64,000 nt of DNA. Source: Hormiphora californensis. Its lineage: Eukaryota; Animalia; Ctenophora. Where the stretch lies: the NCBI GenBank assembly GCA_020137815.1, contig CM035359.1:7564001-7628000 (forward strand), in the 5' to 3' direction. Under the pieces are notes generated by a model that did no database searches, was not told where the DNA came from, and worked only from the letters and a program-made list of their open reading frames with translations. This document shows, piece after piece, positions 62,552 to 64,000 of this stretch. The number at the start of each line of letters is the position of its first letter. Position 1 is the stretch's first letter. The position numbers and the translations under genes are program-made.

Positions 62552-63274
62552 ACAATCGTGTAACTTTTTGATCTTTTAATCAATTTTTACAATTAATATA
62601 CTATTTTGGAAAGTATTGCGTCCTTTGCATGAGTTTTAACAGTTCCATGTTTTCACTTTCTAACACCACATATCATTTATGTAGATCATATGGCTATAGT
62701 GATAAGGATCTTGATTTGATGTGATAAGATCAATTGTAATCGGCTTGATGTGGGCCTGCGATGAGAACCTTGTACCGGTGAACCAAGAAGTTAGGCAACT
62801 AACTACTCACTAACTAAATTTCCTCCAGAACAAATTATTAAAAATGTATGCATGTCAACAGGATATCAATGAAAACAACCCGATAACACCGATAACACAT
62901 GCTAAACAAATTTGTTATGTTTTTCATACTTTCAAATTTTTGCCCACTTTTTGCCCACTTTTTGCCCACTTTGCCCACATTATACCTGTTTTTTGGGATT
63001 TTTTTTTGCCTATGTGGGCAAATGTGGGCAAATGTGGGCAAAAAAAAAGGTGACGTCCCCCCCGTACTTCTACTATTATAGACGAGAGACATCTGTACTG
63101 ACAAACACATTACAACGAAAATGCCGACATTTGTTTCTTGAGAATAACCTAACAAGTTAAAGCTTAGAAATAATTATTGGATTATATAAACGTGGATAGT
63201 TAAAGGAACGCCAGGTGGCCCCTAGTCAACAGGATAGTGCTTGAGGACGGATATAGAGAGAAAGATATAGAGAT

Positions 63275-63364
<90 letters not shown>

Positions 63365-63691
63365 GATGAATTAGAAGTCATAATATGTTGGATGCATGAG
63401 CGACTTCCCTAAAAGATGAATACACGAATTGATTTAACTTGCTAATATTTATCTTGTGCTACTTGGAAGGAATCAGCTATTTATAGGCCTTAAATCTATA
63501 TATATAGGCCCTATAGTTCTACTAATTTATAGGCCCTAGTTCTATAGATCACCGAAACTATCCAATGAAGTATATGGCCGATAGTACATCCATGGTATCG
63601 TGTATAAAGACATATTGATATTGTGCCTTACAGAACAGAAACAGAACAGAAACAGAACGAAAAACAGGGCCGGACACATGGATACACGTAC

Positions 63692-63976
63692 CTTTCTTAG
63701 AGGGACATGGTCTGGTCGAGTGGTTGTTATGGCAACAGGAGGTATCTCATCACACCCACCATCATCTGAGTCCGGCTTCATGGTTCTCTGATGGTTCAGT
63801 GGTATATCTTCCTTCTTCTCGTTACCATGGTGATGGTTGTTAGGGACGAGGTTGAATGCGGTGAGGAGGCTGCTCTTCTCCGGGGAAGGTTCCCGTATCA
63901 CTTTATAGTTATCACCACGATGTGGGGGAAGTGGAGAGCGGGCTGCCATTACCCGGGACATTCCAACCCCCTTCAT
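63692..63976 (-). CDS. Probable coding exon of unknown gene (possibly a distal exon of the EF-hand gene)
   Basis: 95-codon open frame from ATG 63976 ending at AAG|gtacgt; downstream partner exon not identified. Confidence 0.4.
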
Positions 63977-64000
63977 GTTACAGCTCCTTATTCAGCAGCT

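Larger units (their letters stand above)
60675..63063. mobile_element. Poly-G-ended TIR element with 8-bp TSD carrying ORFs but no recognisable transposase
   Basis: TIR G(7)(A)CGTCACCTTTTTTTTTGCCCAC, ~200-bp imperfect TIRs with GTGGGCAAAA repeats; TSD GTACTTCT at 60667-60674 and 63064-63071. Confidence 0.9.

Overview
Eukaryotic, intron-rich animal DNA, almost certainly from a ctenophore. The evidence is an exact 42-nt match to the ctenophore spliced leader (SL) as I recall it, plus two copies of a domain typical of ctenophore proteins. Host genes: a TRIM-NHL gene (-), a coiled-coil/death-domain gene (+), two tandem small secreted-protein paralogs (-), a divergent and frame-disrupted P5B ATPase (+), a stand-alone double-TAZ2 gene (-), a GT31 glycosyltransferase (+), and a calmodulin-like EF-hand gene (-) with an apparent array of alternative first exons. 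Mobile DNA is dense: a full-length L2/CR1-type LINE, a Penelope-type hammerhead palindrome, several TIR elements (two carrying gene cargo) and a five-level nested TE stack at 38-46 kb. The strongest novel signal is that two unrelated retroelements, the LINE and the Penelope-type insertion, both begin with the identical spliced-leader sequence. This suggests retrotransposons that are SL trans-spliced and retrotranspose from the spliced RNA. Exon models were read by eye without RNA data, and the assembly shows local indel errors.
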